Source: Schaalia meyeri (GTDB lineage: Bacteria; Actinomycetota; Actinomycetes; Actinomycetales; Actinomycetaceae). From it: a DNA stretch of 32,000 bases. Within the stretch, counting starts at the first letter, position 1, and each line of letters begins with the position of its first letter. The stretch spans positions 1 through 32,000 of the forward strand of contig NZ_FNLK01000012.1 in assembly GCF_900105015.1 (NCBI RefSeq), given 5' to 3'. The position numbers and the translations under genes were made by a program. Positions 1 to 8,629 of this stretch are shown in pieces. The notes under the pieces were generated by a model. That model was not told the origin of the DNA, did not search any database, and saw only the letters and a program-made list of their open reading frames with translations.

Positions 1-382
1 CAGGCATGACGGTCACCCCCACCTCCTCGCACTGTTCGAGAAGCCAGGCGTCGAGTTTGGCGCGCAGGACGGTCACGGCGTTCGCGGGTTCGCTCAGGCG
101 CTGGTCCCAGTAGTCGATGTTGACGAAGGAACCGGCGTTGATGAGGCTCACGCAATTCCGGGTGATCCTGCGCTCCACGGGCGCGACATCAACGAAGTTC
201 GGAAAGACCTTTTCCATGACGCGGCAGTAGAACACCCCGCCAGACAGGTTCTTCGATCCCGGCTCCGCGCCGCGCTCGACGAGCAAAACCTCCCGTCCTT
301 GTTCAGCGAGGGTGTAGGCGCACACGGCGCCCGCCACGCCTCCGCCGATGACGATGACGTCGAAGTCAACTTCCTCGGACAT
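1..382 (-). CDS. fixC: FAD-dependent ETF:quinone oxidoreductase (FixC-like), N-terminal 127 codons; gene runs off the left edge
   Basis: Absent from the ORF track because there is no stop inside the window. Manual reverse-strand translation from ATG 382-380 is open down to position 2: MSEEVDFDVIVIGGGVAGAVCAYTLAEQGREVLLVERGAEPGSKNLSGGVFY... This shows a GxGxxG FAD fold and an N-terminus resembling E. coli FixC as I recall it. It starts 15 nt after the etfA stop, giving fixA-fixB-fixC order. Confidence 0.8.
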   Translation of the reverse strand, partial: MSEEVDFDVIVIGGGVAGAVCAYTLAEQGREVLLVERGAEPGSKNLSGGVFYCRVMEKVFPNFVDVAPVERRITRNCVSLINAGSFVNIDYWDQRLSEPANAVTVLRAKLDAWLLEQCEEVGVTVMP

Positions 383-397
383 GATCTTCTTCTCGTT

Positions 398-1270
398 TCA
401 GGACAGCGCCGCTGTGAGTGCGGGCACGACGTCGTAGATGTCGCCCACGATGCCGTAGTCCGAGATCTGGAAGATCGGGGCATTAGCGTCGTTATTGATG
501 GCGACGACGACCTTGGAGTCCGCCATGCCGGAGGTGTGCTGCACCTGGCCGGAGATGCCGAGGGCGACGTAGACATCCGGTGAGACGTGCATGCCGGAGA
601 CCCCGACGTAGCGGTCCTTGCTCATCCAGGCGGTGCCTTCGGCCAGCGGGCGCGAGCAGGCGATCTCCGCGCCGAGGGCATCGGCCAGGGCCTGGGCGAG
701 GGCGAGGTCCTCCTCGGCCTTGAATCCGCGCCCGCAGGAGACGATGCGGCGCGCCGCTGCGAGGTTCGCGGGGCCGGAGCCCGAAGGCTGGACATCGACG
801 ACCTCGGCACCCATGGGGGTTCCCTCGTGGGCCTGGGCTGCGGGGCCATCGGCCTCCACTGCGGCGCCCCCTTCGAGGACGAGGACGGCACCCTTGAAGG
901 CGACGGTCTCGTTGGTGAGGCCTCCGTAGCGGGCCACCTCGGCGCCTTCGGCGCTGACGCTTGTCGCGCCGACGACGACGGGGAGTGCGAGAGCAGCCGC
1001 AGCGGCTCCCGCAAAGGAGCGCTCGGCGGGCCGGTTCGCCGCCAGGATCACGTCGCCCTTCGCATCGGTGAGCAGTCCCGCGACCACGCCCGCGTAGGCC
1101 TCGGCGGGCACGTTCTCGGCGGTGGGCACGTGGATGACGCTATCGACGCCGCCGACGGCGGGGGCCGAGGGAGCGACGGCGATGACGGTGATGGTCCCGC
1201 CGATCGCAGCGGCAGTCTCAACGAGGTTGGCGATGCGCTCGTCGGTGGTGAGGATCCAGGTGTTCGTCAT
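398..1270 (-). CDS. etfA: Electron transfer flavoprotein alpha subunit (FixB/EtfA)
   Basis: 290-aa ORF. The C-terminus VYVALGISGQVQHTSGMADSKVVVAINNDANAPIF matches the ETF-alpha signature. GAAAGGA RBS lies upstream of ATG 1270. Tightly follows etfB. Confidence 0.9.
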   Translation of the reverse strand: MTNTWILTTDERIANLVETAAAIGGTITVIAVAPSAPAVGGVDSVIHVPTAENVPAEAYAGVVAGLLTDAKGDVILAANRPAERSFAGAAAAALALPVVVGATSVSAEGAEVARYGGLTNETVAFKGAVLVLEGGAAVEADGPAAQAHEGTPMGAEVVDVQPSGSGPANLAAARRIVSCGRGFKAEEDLALAQALADALGAEIACSRPLAEGTAWMSKDRYVGVSGMHVSPDVYVALGISGQVQHTSGMADSKVVVAINNDANAPIFQISDYGIVGDIYDVVPALTAALS

Positions 1271-1287
1271 TGTTCTGCTGTCCTTTC

Positions 1288-2052
1288 TCAGAGTGCGCCG
1301 GCGTTGCGCAGGGCGGCGACGAGCTGGGCTGCGGCGTCGTCTCCGGTGAACGTCTCGTTGCGGCGGGCCTTGGCGACCGGCTTGGAGCGGCCGGTGACCT
1401 CCAGCGCCGCGTCAACGGTGGGCAGATCGGCGACGGCAACCTTCTCGAGGGGCTTCTTCCCGGCGGCGAGGATGTCCTTCATGCCGGGGACCTTCACGGG
1501 GGCGGCATCGGTGGCGACGGCGGCGACGACGGGGCCGTCAACGCTGATGGTGCGGGTACCGCCCGCGGTGCTCTGGGTCAACTTCCAGCCATCGCCCGCG
1601 GCCTCGACCGCGACGACTTCCTGGAAGCACGGCCAGCCGAGGAAGCCGGCGATGAGGGTGGAGACGATCTTCGCGGATTCGTCGATGGAGGAGTCGCCCG
1701 TCAGGACGAGGCTCGCCCCCTCGACCTTGCCGACGAGCCCCGCCAGGGCGCTCGCGACGGTCGTGGCGTTCCAGGTCGAGGTCTCGTCATCGGCGACGAC
1801 CAGGGCGCGGTCCAAACCCCTGGAGAGGGCGCCCTTCTTTGCCATTGACGAGGAGACGGCCGACGTGCCGACGGAAATACCGACGACATCGGTGCCGAGG
1901 GAATCGGCGAGGGTGCGCCCCACCTGCACGGCGACGGGGTCGTATTCGGAGATCGCGGCCTTGGCGCGCGACCAGTCGATGGCGCCGGAGGCGTCGACGG
2001 TGGTGTCTTGCGGGTTTGCTGCGTACTTGTACGCGACGATGATGCTCATCAT
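1288..2052 (-). CDS. etfB: Electron transfer flavoprotein beta subunit (FixA/EtfB)
   Basis: ORF 1288..2097. The family-typical N-terminus MSIIVAYKYAANPQD begins at the internal ATG-ATG (2052/2049), preceded by AAAGGG. Collinear with FixA as recalled (KILAAGKKP-type motif DILAAGKKP). Confidence 0.87.
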   Translation of the reverse strand: MMSIIVAYKYAANPQDTTVDASGAIDWSRAKAAISEYDPVAVQVGRTLADSLGTDVVGISVGTSAVSSSMAKKGALSRGLDRALVVADDETSTWNATTVASALAGLVGKVEGASLVLTGDSSIDESAKIVSTLIAGFLGWPCFQEVVAVEAAGDGWKLTQSTAGGTRTISVDGPVVAAVATDAAPVKVPGMKDILAAGKKPLEKVAVADLPTVDAALEVTGRSKPVAKARRNETFTGDDAAAQLVAALRNAGAL

Positions 2053-2172
2053 CTGCCCTTTCTGCACGAGAGTGCTGTTGGTGGTCTGCGGGGGCATCCA
2101 ACCCCTGCGGGATGCGAAGAGGGTCGCTTAGAATTACTGCATGTGACCCCCCTCGCGGAAGGAGTGCGCGCG

Positions 2173-2805
2173 GTGACGCGTTTTGCGATTCTCAGTCCCG
2201 CCAAAGCGGGCCGGCCTCGTGATCCTCAATTGGAGGAACGCGTCTTTCGCACTGCCCTCGACCTGTACGGGGAGGCGGGCTGGGCGGGGTTCAACCTGAC
2301 GAAGATCGCCGCCGAGGCCGGGGTCGGAAAGTCCAGCCTGTACTCGCGATGGAGCGACCGCGACGATCTGCTCCACTGTGCCTTCACCGCCCTGGTCATC
2401 TGCCCGGGCCCCCGCGGGGACTCCCCCAGGGAGGTTCTCGTCAACGAAGCGGACTTCCGGCTCCGCGAGTACCTGGGTCCGAACCGTTCGGCCGTGCGCC
2501 GACTGTTCGTTGAAGCGGGGAACGCCGAGGACCCGGTGATCTACCAGATCTACGAGGACCTGTTCGTCACCCCCCTCTCGGCCATCCACGAGCGCCTGTG
2601 GGATTTCAAGCGCGACGGCTGCCTGCCCCGCAACACGTCGGTGGTGCGCCTCCTCGACGCCATCGAAGGCAGCGTGCTGATGCGTACCTTCTGCCTGCCC
2701 GACGATTTCATCGGCTGTTTCTTGGAGAAGGTGCCGGACTACGTGGCCGACCTGGTTGACGATCAACTTCACCATCACGAGCCCTCACGCCAGTTAGACG
2801 AATAA
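2173..2805 (+). CDS. TetR/AcrR-family transcriptional regulator
   Basis: Part of ORF 2008..2805. HTH NLTKIAAEAGVGKSSLYSRWSDRDDLL. Start chosen at GTG 2173, 8 nt after GGAAGGAG (2157-2164); GTG 2143 is an alternative. Divergent from etfB, and its 3' end overlaps the convergent MBL gene by 31 nt. Confidence 0.8.
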   Translation: MTRFAILSPAKAGRPRDPQLEERVFRTALDLYGEAGWAGFNLTKIAAEAGVGKSSLYSRWSDRDDLLHCAFTALVICPGPRGDSPREVLVNEADFRLREYLGPNRSAVRRLFVEAGNAEDPVIYQIYEDLFVTPLSAIHERLWDFKRDGCLPRNTSVVRLLDAIEGSVLMRTFCLPDDFIGCFLEKVPDYVADLVDDQLHHHEPSRQLDE

Positions 2806-3446
2806 TCTCCGCCGCGCAATGCGCTCAGGGCGATGGAGGCCAGCATCGGCCGTTCGGCCCCCAGGATCGTCGCCGGACCGTGCCCCGGGTAGACGCACAG
2901 ATCGGCGTCCAACTGGGCGAGGCGCGCGCACGAGCGCGCCATGTCCGCGTAGTTGCCCAGGACGAAAGCCGTCGAGCCGATCGCCCCCGCGAAGAGCACG
3001 TCCCCGCTGAACAAAACCCGCTGGGCCTCGCCCAACAGACATATGCTGCCGGGCGTATGCCCCGGAGTGTGAAGAACCCGCAGGACGTCGTCGCCCCAGG
3101 TAATCGTGTCCCCCTCACGCAGGGGTCGGTCAACGTGGTCGACGGTGTAGTCGATCCCCTCCTCGTCGAAGCCGGAACGATGGACGTCGCCCACCCCGTC
3201 CACGTCGTCGGCCCCGCAGGCCACCGGGCAGCCATACGCCTCAACGAGCTCATTGACCGCCCCGATGTGGTCGCTGTGGCAGTGGGTGAGGACGATGCCG
3301 ATGACCGTCTTACCCGAAAGCCAGCGCATGAGGGTCGCTGGCTCCGCGCCCGGATCCACGACGATGGTGCCCTCCTCGTTGGTGAGGGCGTAGCAGACGG
3401 CCTGCCAGGAGCCGACGGTGAGTTGCTCGATCGTGAACACTGTCAA
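2775..3446 (-). CDS. MBL-fold metallo-hydrolase (glyoxalase-II-like; possible thioesterase)
   Basis: C-terminal about 222 aa of ORF 2775..3860. Motifs THCHSDH (HxHxDH) and HTPGHTPGS. Start TTG 3446 (or GTG 3440) overlaps the stop of the upstream MFS gene as TTGA. The N-terminal 139 aa of the tracked ORF overlap the MFS gene in another frame and are rejected. Confidence 0.8.
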   Translation of the reverse strand: MTVFTIEQLTVGSWQAVCYALTNEEGTIVVDPGAEPATLMRWLSGKTVIGIVLTHCHSDHIGAVNELVEAYGCPVACGADDVDGVGDVHRSGFDEEGIDYTVDHVDRPLREGDTITWGDDVLRVLHTPGHTPGSICLLGEAQRVLFSGDVLFAGAIGSTAFVLGNYADMARSCARLAQLDADLCVYPGHGPATILGAERPMLASIALSALRGGDYSSNWREGS

Positions 3447-4777
3447 CGCCCCCTGAAGTCCACTGATCCGGTTTCGGCCAGCGTGTAACCGCGCGTCTCG
3501 GGAGCCCAGAGGATCGACACGACCGCGCCCAGGGCGGAGATCACCGCACCGGCCAGCATGGTCTTGGCTATGCCGTAATCGGCGATGAATGCGGGCAGGA
3601 CGTAGATCGACACGACGGTTCCGACGCGGCTGAGCGCCATGGCAAATCCCATGGCGGTCGCACGGATCTCCGTGGGAAAGAGTTCGTTGGGATAGAGCCA
3701 TTCGAGGTTGCCGGGACCGCCCGACAAGAGCGCGTAGGCGATGAAGCAACCCATGACCAGGCCGATGCCCGCACCCGGAAAGAAAGCGATGATGGCCAGG
3801 GCCACGGTCATCCCAGAGAAACAGGCGATGATGAGGGGGCGTCGGCCGATCCTTTCGCACAGGTACATGGCGGGGAGGGTACCGATCATGAAGAAGGTGC
3901 CGATCAGGAGCTCACCAAGCAAAACGTTGCGGCCTTCGCCCAGGCCGACGGCGCTGATGATCTGCGGGCCGTAGGTGTACAGGGCGAACATGGGGATCGC
4001 CTGGCAGAGCCAGATGGTGCCGACGAAGATGATGCGCCGCAGATAGACGCCCCGCAGGACCTTCATGACCGATGTTTTCGCTGCCTCCTCAGCCTCGGGC
4101 AGGCGGACATTGGCCCCCAGGGTCTCATGAACGATGCGCTGGGCTTCTTCGACCCGGCCTTTCGAGACGAGCCAGCGCGGGGATTCCGGGATGTTCCATC
4201 GGCCCAGCAGAATGAGAATGCAGGGAACGGCAGAGGAAGCCAGCATGTAGCGCCAGCCGTGATCGGTGTTGACGAGGGCGAAGCCCACGAGGGCGGCGAC
4301 GTTGGCCCCCAGGTACCAGGCGGCGGCGATGATGCCCATCGCCGCGGCACGGTACTTGCGCGGCGAGAACTCGGCAATCATCGAGGTTGCGATTGGGTAG
4401 TCGGCGCCCACCGCCACGCCGACAAAGAAACGCAGAATTACTAGTGTCACAGGGGTGTGGACCAGGGCGCACAGGATCGACAAGATGGCGATCACCACCA
4501 AATCGATGACGAACATCTTGCGCCTGCCGATCAGATCCGTGAGCCACCCGCCGACGGAGGCGCCGAGGAAGAGCCCGACGAGGGCTGACACGCCGAGCAG
4601 GCCATTCCAGTGCGCGTCGAGGACCAGGTCGGAACCCATCGCCCCCAACGCCACTCCGATGATGGACAGGACGTAGCCCTCCAGGAAGGGGCCTCCCGAG
4701 GAAAAGACGATGACGCGCTTGAGCAGCGGGGTCATCTCGAGGTCCTCAAGGTCGATGACGGGTTCGTTGTCGCTCAC
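3443..4777 (-). CDS. MFS transporter, sugar-porter (Sugar_tr) type
   Basis: ORF 3443..4891. About 12 predicted TM segments with motifs GRRKMF, PESPRWL and PETRGYTL. Start set at GTG 4777, 6 nt after GGAGGGAG. Confidence 0.85.
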   Translation of the reverse strand: MSDNEPVIDLEDLEMTPLLKRVIVFSSGGPFLEGYVLSIIGVALGAMGSDLVLDAHWNGLLGVSALVGLFLGASVGGWLTDLIGRRKMFVIDLVVIAILSILCALVHTPVTLVILRFFVGVAVGADYPIATSMIAEFSPRKYRAAAMGIIAAAWYLGANVAALVGFALVNTDHGWRYMLASSAVPCILILLGRWNIPESPRWLVSKGRVEEAQRIVHETLGANVRLPEAEEAAKTSVMKVLRGVYLRRIIFVGTIWLCQAIPMFALYTYGPQIISAVGLGEGRNVLLGELLIGTFFMIGTLPAMYLCERIGRRPLIIACFSGMTVALAIIAFFPGAGIGLVMGCFIAYALLSGGPGNLEWLYPNELFPTEIRATAMGFAMALSRVGTVVSIYVLPAFIADYGIAKTMLAGAVISALGAVVSILWAPETRGYTLAETGSVDFRGR

Positions 4778-4828
4778 GGTGTTCTCCCTCCAAGCTCGGT
4801 ACGGGACGTGTGGTGTCTTCAGGGGGCG

Positions 4829-4863
4829 GCGCGGGAGAGGATGCTGCAGCGTCTCTCCCGCGC
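4829..4863 (-). terminator. Perfect 11-bp stem / 13-nt loop hairpin between the MaoC gene and the sugar-porter gene (terminator or attenuator)
   Basis: GCGCGGGAGAG (4829-4839) pairs with CTCTCCCGCGC (4853-4863). Lies in the 122-nt gap after the MaoC stop. No T-tract, as is common in high-GC actinobacteria. Confidence 0.4.
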
Positions 4864-4899
4864 CTCGGGGAATCGCGGCCTGGCCCCGCACGGGCGCGA

Positions 4900-5775
4900 T
4901 CAGCGGTATTCGATGATCCCCCAGTTCAGGTGCGGCTTCGCGCCGGTCTCATCGACATCCGCATCGACCAGTGCGAAACGCAGCTCGCCTTCCTTGACCT
5001 TCCACAACCGGGTCTTCAGCGTCGACCCCGGGTGGACCGGCGAGGTGATGCGGGTCTTGAAGCGGGTGATGCGCTCGGGCTCGCCGGGAACGAAAGCGTT
5101 GATCGCGTGACGCATGACGACGCCCGCGTAGGAAATCGCGTGCAGGATCGGACGCGGTTCGCCGTTCTCGGCGGCGTAGTCCCAGTCGATGTGCTGGGGA
5201 TGGTAGTCGCCCGAGAGCCGGTAGATGAGCGCCTGGTTCTCCGGGATCGTCTCTTCGATCTCCACGTCCGCGGGGCGGTCGGGCATCTCGACAATGTCCT
5301 TGGGGGGCTTGGGACCGCCCCAGCCGCCGTCATAGATCAGGCAATCCCAGGACTCGTTGGTGAAGAGCAGGTTCCCGTCCGAGTCGTAGGTGTCGCCGAT
5401 GTGTTGGGCGAGCAGGCCTCGACCCTCGCCGCGGTCGTAGAGGCCCTCGAGGCGCACCTTGGTCTCCAGGTGGTCGTTCATCTTCGTGATGGGGCGGTGG
5501 AAGGTGATGTCGAAGCCCCAGTGCAGCGAGCCGGCGTAGTTGTAGCCGTAGTCGATGGTGCGGGTGACCTCGGAGTCCACGATCAGCATGGCGCCGAACA
5601 TGGGGAGCACCTTGAGCTGGGGGTCCCGCTCATCGTGCTCGTTGAGGTATTCGAGGCCGTCCTTGCCGTCGATGCCCGCGCCGCACCCCAGTGCGAAGAG
5701 TTCCAGGTCGCGGAAGGTGTAGTCGCGTACGAAGGGTCCGAAGGTCTGGCCGACCATATCGGTGTTGATTGCCAT
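4900..5775 (-). CDS. MaoC-like double hot-dog (R)-specific enoyl-CoA hydratase/dehydratase
   Basis: 291 aa. C-terminal half carries a hydratase-2 motif variant YRLSGDYHPQHIDWDYA (canonical form is SGDxNPxH). GAAAGGA RBS before ATG 5775. Confidence 0.85.
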   Translation of the reverse strand: MAINTDMVGQTFGPFVRDYTFRDLELFALGCGAGIDGKDGLEYLNEHDERDPQLKVLPMFGAMLIVDSEVTRTIDYGYNYAGSLHWGFDITFHRPITKMNDHLETKVRLEGLYDRGEGRGLLAQHIGDTYDSDGNLLFTNESWDCLIYDGGWGGPKPPKDIVEMPDRPADVEIEETIPENQALIYRLSGDYHPQHIDWDYAAENGEPRPILHAISYAGVVMRHAINAFVPGEPERITRFKTRITSPVHPGSTLKTRLWKVKEGELRFALVDADVDETGAKPHLNWGIIEYR

Positions 5776-5802
5776 TGTTCATTGTCCTTTCATGGATCGG
5801 AT

Positions 5803-7374
5803 TCACGAGTGTGCGAGGATGTGTTTCTTTACTTTTCCGTAGCTGCCCCGCGGGAGCTCCTCGACGAACTCCACGAAGCTGGGCACCTTGAAGCCGGCGA
5901 GCCGACCCGCGCAGTGGTCGATGACAGCCTCGGCATCGAGCCCGGCTTCCGGCTCGGCCACGACGAAGGCTTTGACCGCTTGGCCTCGCACGCCATCGGG
6001 AACGCCGATCACCGCGACCTCTCGCACCCCGGGAAGGCCGTCGATGATGCACTCGACCTCAGCCGATGACACCGATTCCCCGGAGCGCTTAATGAGGTCG
6101 ACCCGTCGGTCCATGAAATACACCCACCCGTTCTCGATGTAGGCGTAGTCATGCGTGTGAAACCAGCCGTCCTCGTCGAGCACCTCCGCCGTTGCCTCGG
6201 GATCATTCCAATAACCCGCCATGAGGCTCACTCCGGGGACGCCGCGCAGGACGATCTCCCCCACCTCGCCCTCGGGCAGCTCGTCACCCTGACAGTCCAC
6301 GATGCGAACCTCGTAGCCGGGACCCACCCTGCCGATGGACGGCCAGCGGCGCTCCCCGTGGGGATAATCGGTGATCGCTCCGATCAGGCACTCGGTGGAC
6401 CCGTAGTTGTTGAGCAAGGGCACGCCGAAGCGCTCTTCGAAAGCCGCCTTATCCCCCTTGTTGAGGGGTAGGAAGTAGTGCATCTCGCGCACCTGGTGGT
6501 CGCGCTCACCCGGGTCGACGCTCTGGCGCAGCATGGTCACCACGATCATCGCCATCCCCTGGACCAGGGTCGCTCGATGATCGCGTGCCTGCCGCCAAAA
6601 GCACGTCGCCCGGTAGCGGGAGAGCATGATGAGCGTCGCGCCCATCGTCAGCACCGGGGCCAAGGCCGAGAGCTGGAGATTCACCCGGGCCGCCACCATG
6701 GAGGTCATGTAGCGATCCTCGGGGTTCATATCCAGTTCCCAGTTGACGAAGTTGCCCGAAAAGACGAAGTTCGCGTGTGTGATCATCACGCCCTTGGGTG
6801 CCGAGGTCGTGCCCGAGGTGAAGAGGATCTCGCACAGGTCCTTGGGGCGCACACGAGGGTTCGACGTGAAGGTGTCGGCTTCGCGCGACGTGAGCTCCCC
6901 CAGGCGGGGAAGGTCAGGGCCGTCGCCGTCCGCGGCGCCCACCTGGCCCACCACGATGACGTCCCTGACGGTGTCCGGCAGGCAAAAGAGCACGTCACCG
7001 ACCCTGCATGCGCGGGTGATCAGCGTGTCAGCCTGGCACAGACCGAGGATGCGACCCAGCTCGAAGGGTGCCGAAGTGGCGTCAACGGGCACCGATACAG
7101 CGCCCATTTTCGCCAGGGCCAGGGTGCACTCTATGAACTCGACGCAGTTGTCGAGGTAGAGCACCACCCGGCTCCCCTCGCCGATGCCCCTGGCAACGAG
7201 GGCGTTGGCGCACTTGTTCACGGCCGCGTCGAATTCGCGGTAGGTGAAGCGACAGACGTCGTGGGAACGAGCGTCCTCGAAAACGAGGAACTCGTGTGCT
7301 CCCCGGTCCTTCACCTGCCGCTCCCACAGTTGGGGCACCGTGGTGCTCTCCGGCGCGAACGTCGAGCTGGTCAC
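5803..7374 (-). CDS. caiC: AMP-dependent acyl-CoA ligase, CaiC-like (crotonobetaine/carnitine-CoA ligase family)
   Basis: 523 aa, GTG start. AMP-binding motif ILFTSGTTSAPKGVMITH. ERRWPSIGRVGPGYE and FKVPSFVEFVEELPR resemble E. coli CaiC (KRRWPSIGRVG) as recalled. Symbol is tentative. Confidence 0.82.
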   Translation of the reverse strand: MTSSTFAPESTTVPQLWERQVKDRGAHEFLVFEDARSHDVCRFTYREFDAAVNKCANALVARGIGEGSRVVLYLDNCVEFIECTLALAKMGAVSVPVDATSAPFELGRILGLCQADTLITRACRVGDVLFCLPDTVRDVIVVGQVGAADGDGPDLPRLGELTSREADTFTSNPRVRPKDLCEILFTSGTTSAPKGVMITHANFVFSGNFVNWELDMNPEDRYMTSMVAARVNLQLSALAPVLTMGATLIMLSRYRATCFWRQARDHRATLVQGMAMIVVTMLRQSVDPGERDHQVREMHYFLPLNKGDKAAFEERFGVPLLNNYGSTECLIGAITDYPHGERRWPSIGRVGPGYEVRIVDCQGDELPEGEVGEIVLRGVPGVSLMAGYWNDPEATAEVLDEDGWFHTHDYAYIENGWVYFMDRRVDLIKRSGESVSSAEVECIIDGLPGVREVAVIGVPDGVRGQAVKAFVVAEPEAGLDAEAVIDHCAGRLAGFKVPSFVEFVEELPRGSYGKVKKHILAHS

Positions 7375-7380
7375 GGCCGA

Positions 7381-8601
7381 TCAGTCCCCGTCACTGGCTT
7401 TGACGGTGCCGGACTCGATCAGGGCGTCGATGGCCTCGTCCGAGTATCCGGCGCGCCTCAGGACGTCGCGAGTGTCCTCACCCAGAGCGGGCATCGGCCG
7501 CCAGAAGGCACCGGGGTTGCGGGCGAACTTCGGGAAGGTATTCAGCCCCTTGACGGGGGTGCCGTCCGCCTTCTCCCACTCGATGAAGCACTCGCGCGCC
7601 TGGACGTGCTCGGCCTCCAGGATGTCGGGGAACTCGTTGACGACCTGGGCGGCGATACGGTGATCCACGAAGTCGCGCTGCACGTCGTACTTGGACTGAG
7701 TCTTGAGGTACTCCTCCAGTGTCTCCTGGATGAGGTCGGCCTTGGGGCTGCTCAGCCACAGCGCCGACGTGCCCTCGGGGTATTCCTCCGTGCCCCACAG
7801 GTGACCCAGGCCGATGGTCTCGAGCAGGTACTTGTTCTGCGACACCCCGTACAGGCACAGTCCGATGTAGCCGTCCTTGCACTCGTAGATGCCAATACCG
7901 CACAGGTTCTGGTGGCGAGCTCCCGGACGCGGGTAGGTAATGCCCGCGTTCATGTAGTCCATCATGTAGTAGGTGCCCACCCTCAGCAGGGTCTCGTACA
8001 TCGCCATGTCGATGCTCTCGCCCTCGCCGGTGACTCCCACGCGGTGCAGGGCAGCCAGGGCCGAGGAGATGATCATCAGGGAGTTGATGTAATCGCCCAG
8101 GTACGGGGAGATGTTCATCGGCTGATCAGCGCTGCCGTTCTGGGCGATGATCCCCGCGTACGCGGCGACGGTGAGGTCGTAGGCCGCGGAGTTGACCTGC
8201 GCGTCATCGCCCCATTGCCCGAAGCCGGACACGTGGACGATGACGAGCTTGGGGTTAACTTCCCAGAGGAATTCGTCGGTGATGCCCTTGCGGGCGTACA
8301 TGGGGCCCTTGCCCGCCTCGATGAAGATGTCGGCGTCCTTGACGATGGCCCGCAGGGCCTCCTTGCCCTCTTCGGTGAACGGGTTCATGGAGATCGAGCG
8401 CATGTTGCGACGCTCCATCTCCTTCACCCAGGCGGTGTCGCGCATAGAGTCGCCGGTCCACACGTTTTCGATCCAGGTGACGTCGGCTCCCCATTCGGCC
8501 ATGATGGCAGCGGCCGTGGGGGCCGCGATCTCAACTGCGGAATAGACGACTTTGACGCCATCGAGGACGCCGAATGATGGCTTTTCCGTGGGCAGTGCCA
8601 T
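7381..8601 (-). CDS. caiB: Family III CoA-transferase, CaiB-like
   Basis: 406 aa. DIFIEAGKGPMYARKGITDEFLWEVNPKLVIVHVSGFGQ, GESIDMAMYE and FPKFARNPGAFWRPMP are collinear with E. coli CaiB as recalled. GAAAGGA RBS. The stop lies 6 nt before the caiC-like GTG. Confidence 0.87.
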   Translation of the reverse strand: MALPTEKPSFGVLDGVKVVYSAVEIAAPTAAAIMAEWGADVTWIENVWTGDSMRDTAWVKEMERRNMRSISMNPFTEEGKEALRAIVKDADIFIEAGKGPMYARKGITDEFLWEVNPKLVIVHVSGFGQWGDDAQVNSAAYDLTVAAYAGIIAQNGSADQPMNISPYLGDYINSLMIISSALAALHRVGVTGEGESIDMAMYETLLRVGTYYMMDYMNAGITYPRPGARHQNLCGIGIYECKDGYIGLCLYGVSQNKYLLETIGLGHLWGTEEYPEGTSALWLSSPKADLIQETLEEYLKTQSKYDVQRDFVDHRIAAQVVNEFPDILEAEHVQARECFIEWEKADGTPVKGLNTFPKFARNPGAFWRPMPALGEDTRDVLRRAGYSDEAIDALIESGTVKASDGD

Positions 8602-8629
8602 GGTGTAGGTCCTTTCTATTCAGATGGTG

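Noticed and set aside
587-2131. 514-aa plus-strand ORF (and other ORFs at 618-1848) across the ETF genes
   Set aside because: It lies antisense to two well-supported ETF genes. The protein is low-complexity and rich in Gly/Ala/Arg/Asp, typical of shadow ORFs in high-GC DNA, and has no recognisable motifs.
2053-2172. CTGCGGG direct repeat (twice, 13 nt apart) in the etfB-TetR divergent spacer as a TetR operator
   Set aside because: It is short, GC-rich and not palindromic, so it could easily arise by chance in this composition. The evidence is insufficient to call it.
3447-3860. N-terminal extensions of tracked ORFs: 2775..3860, 9796..10860 (10765-10860), 15280..17205 (15280-15603), 20257..21795 (20257-21258), 26222..26827 (26513-26827) and 30706..31548 (30706-30792)
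   Set aside because: Each extension overlaps a better-supported neighbouring gene or repeat. Each also precedes an internal start that has an SD sequence and a family-typical N-terminus.
6478-8577. 699-aa plus-strand ORF
   Set aside because: It lies antisense to the CaiC-like and CaiB-like genes, which carry strong family motifs. It is a stop-poor shadow frame.
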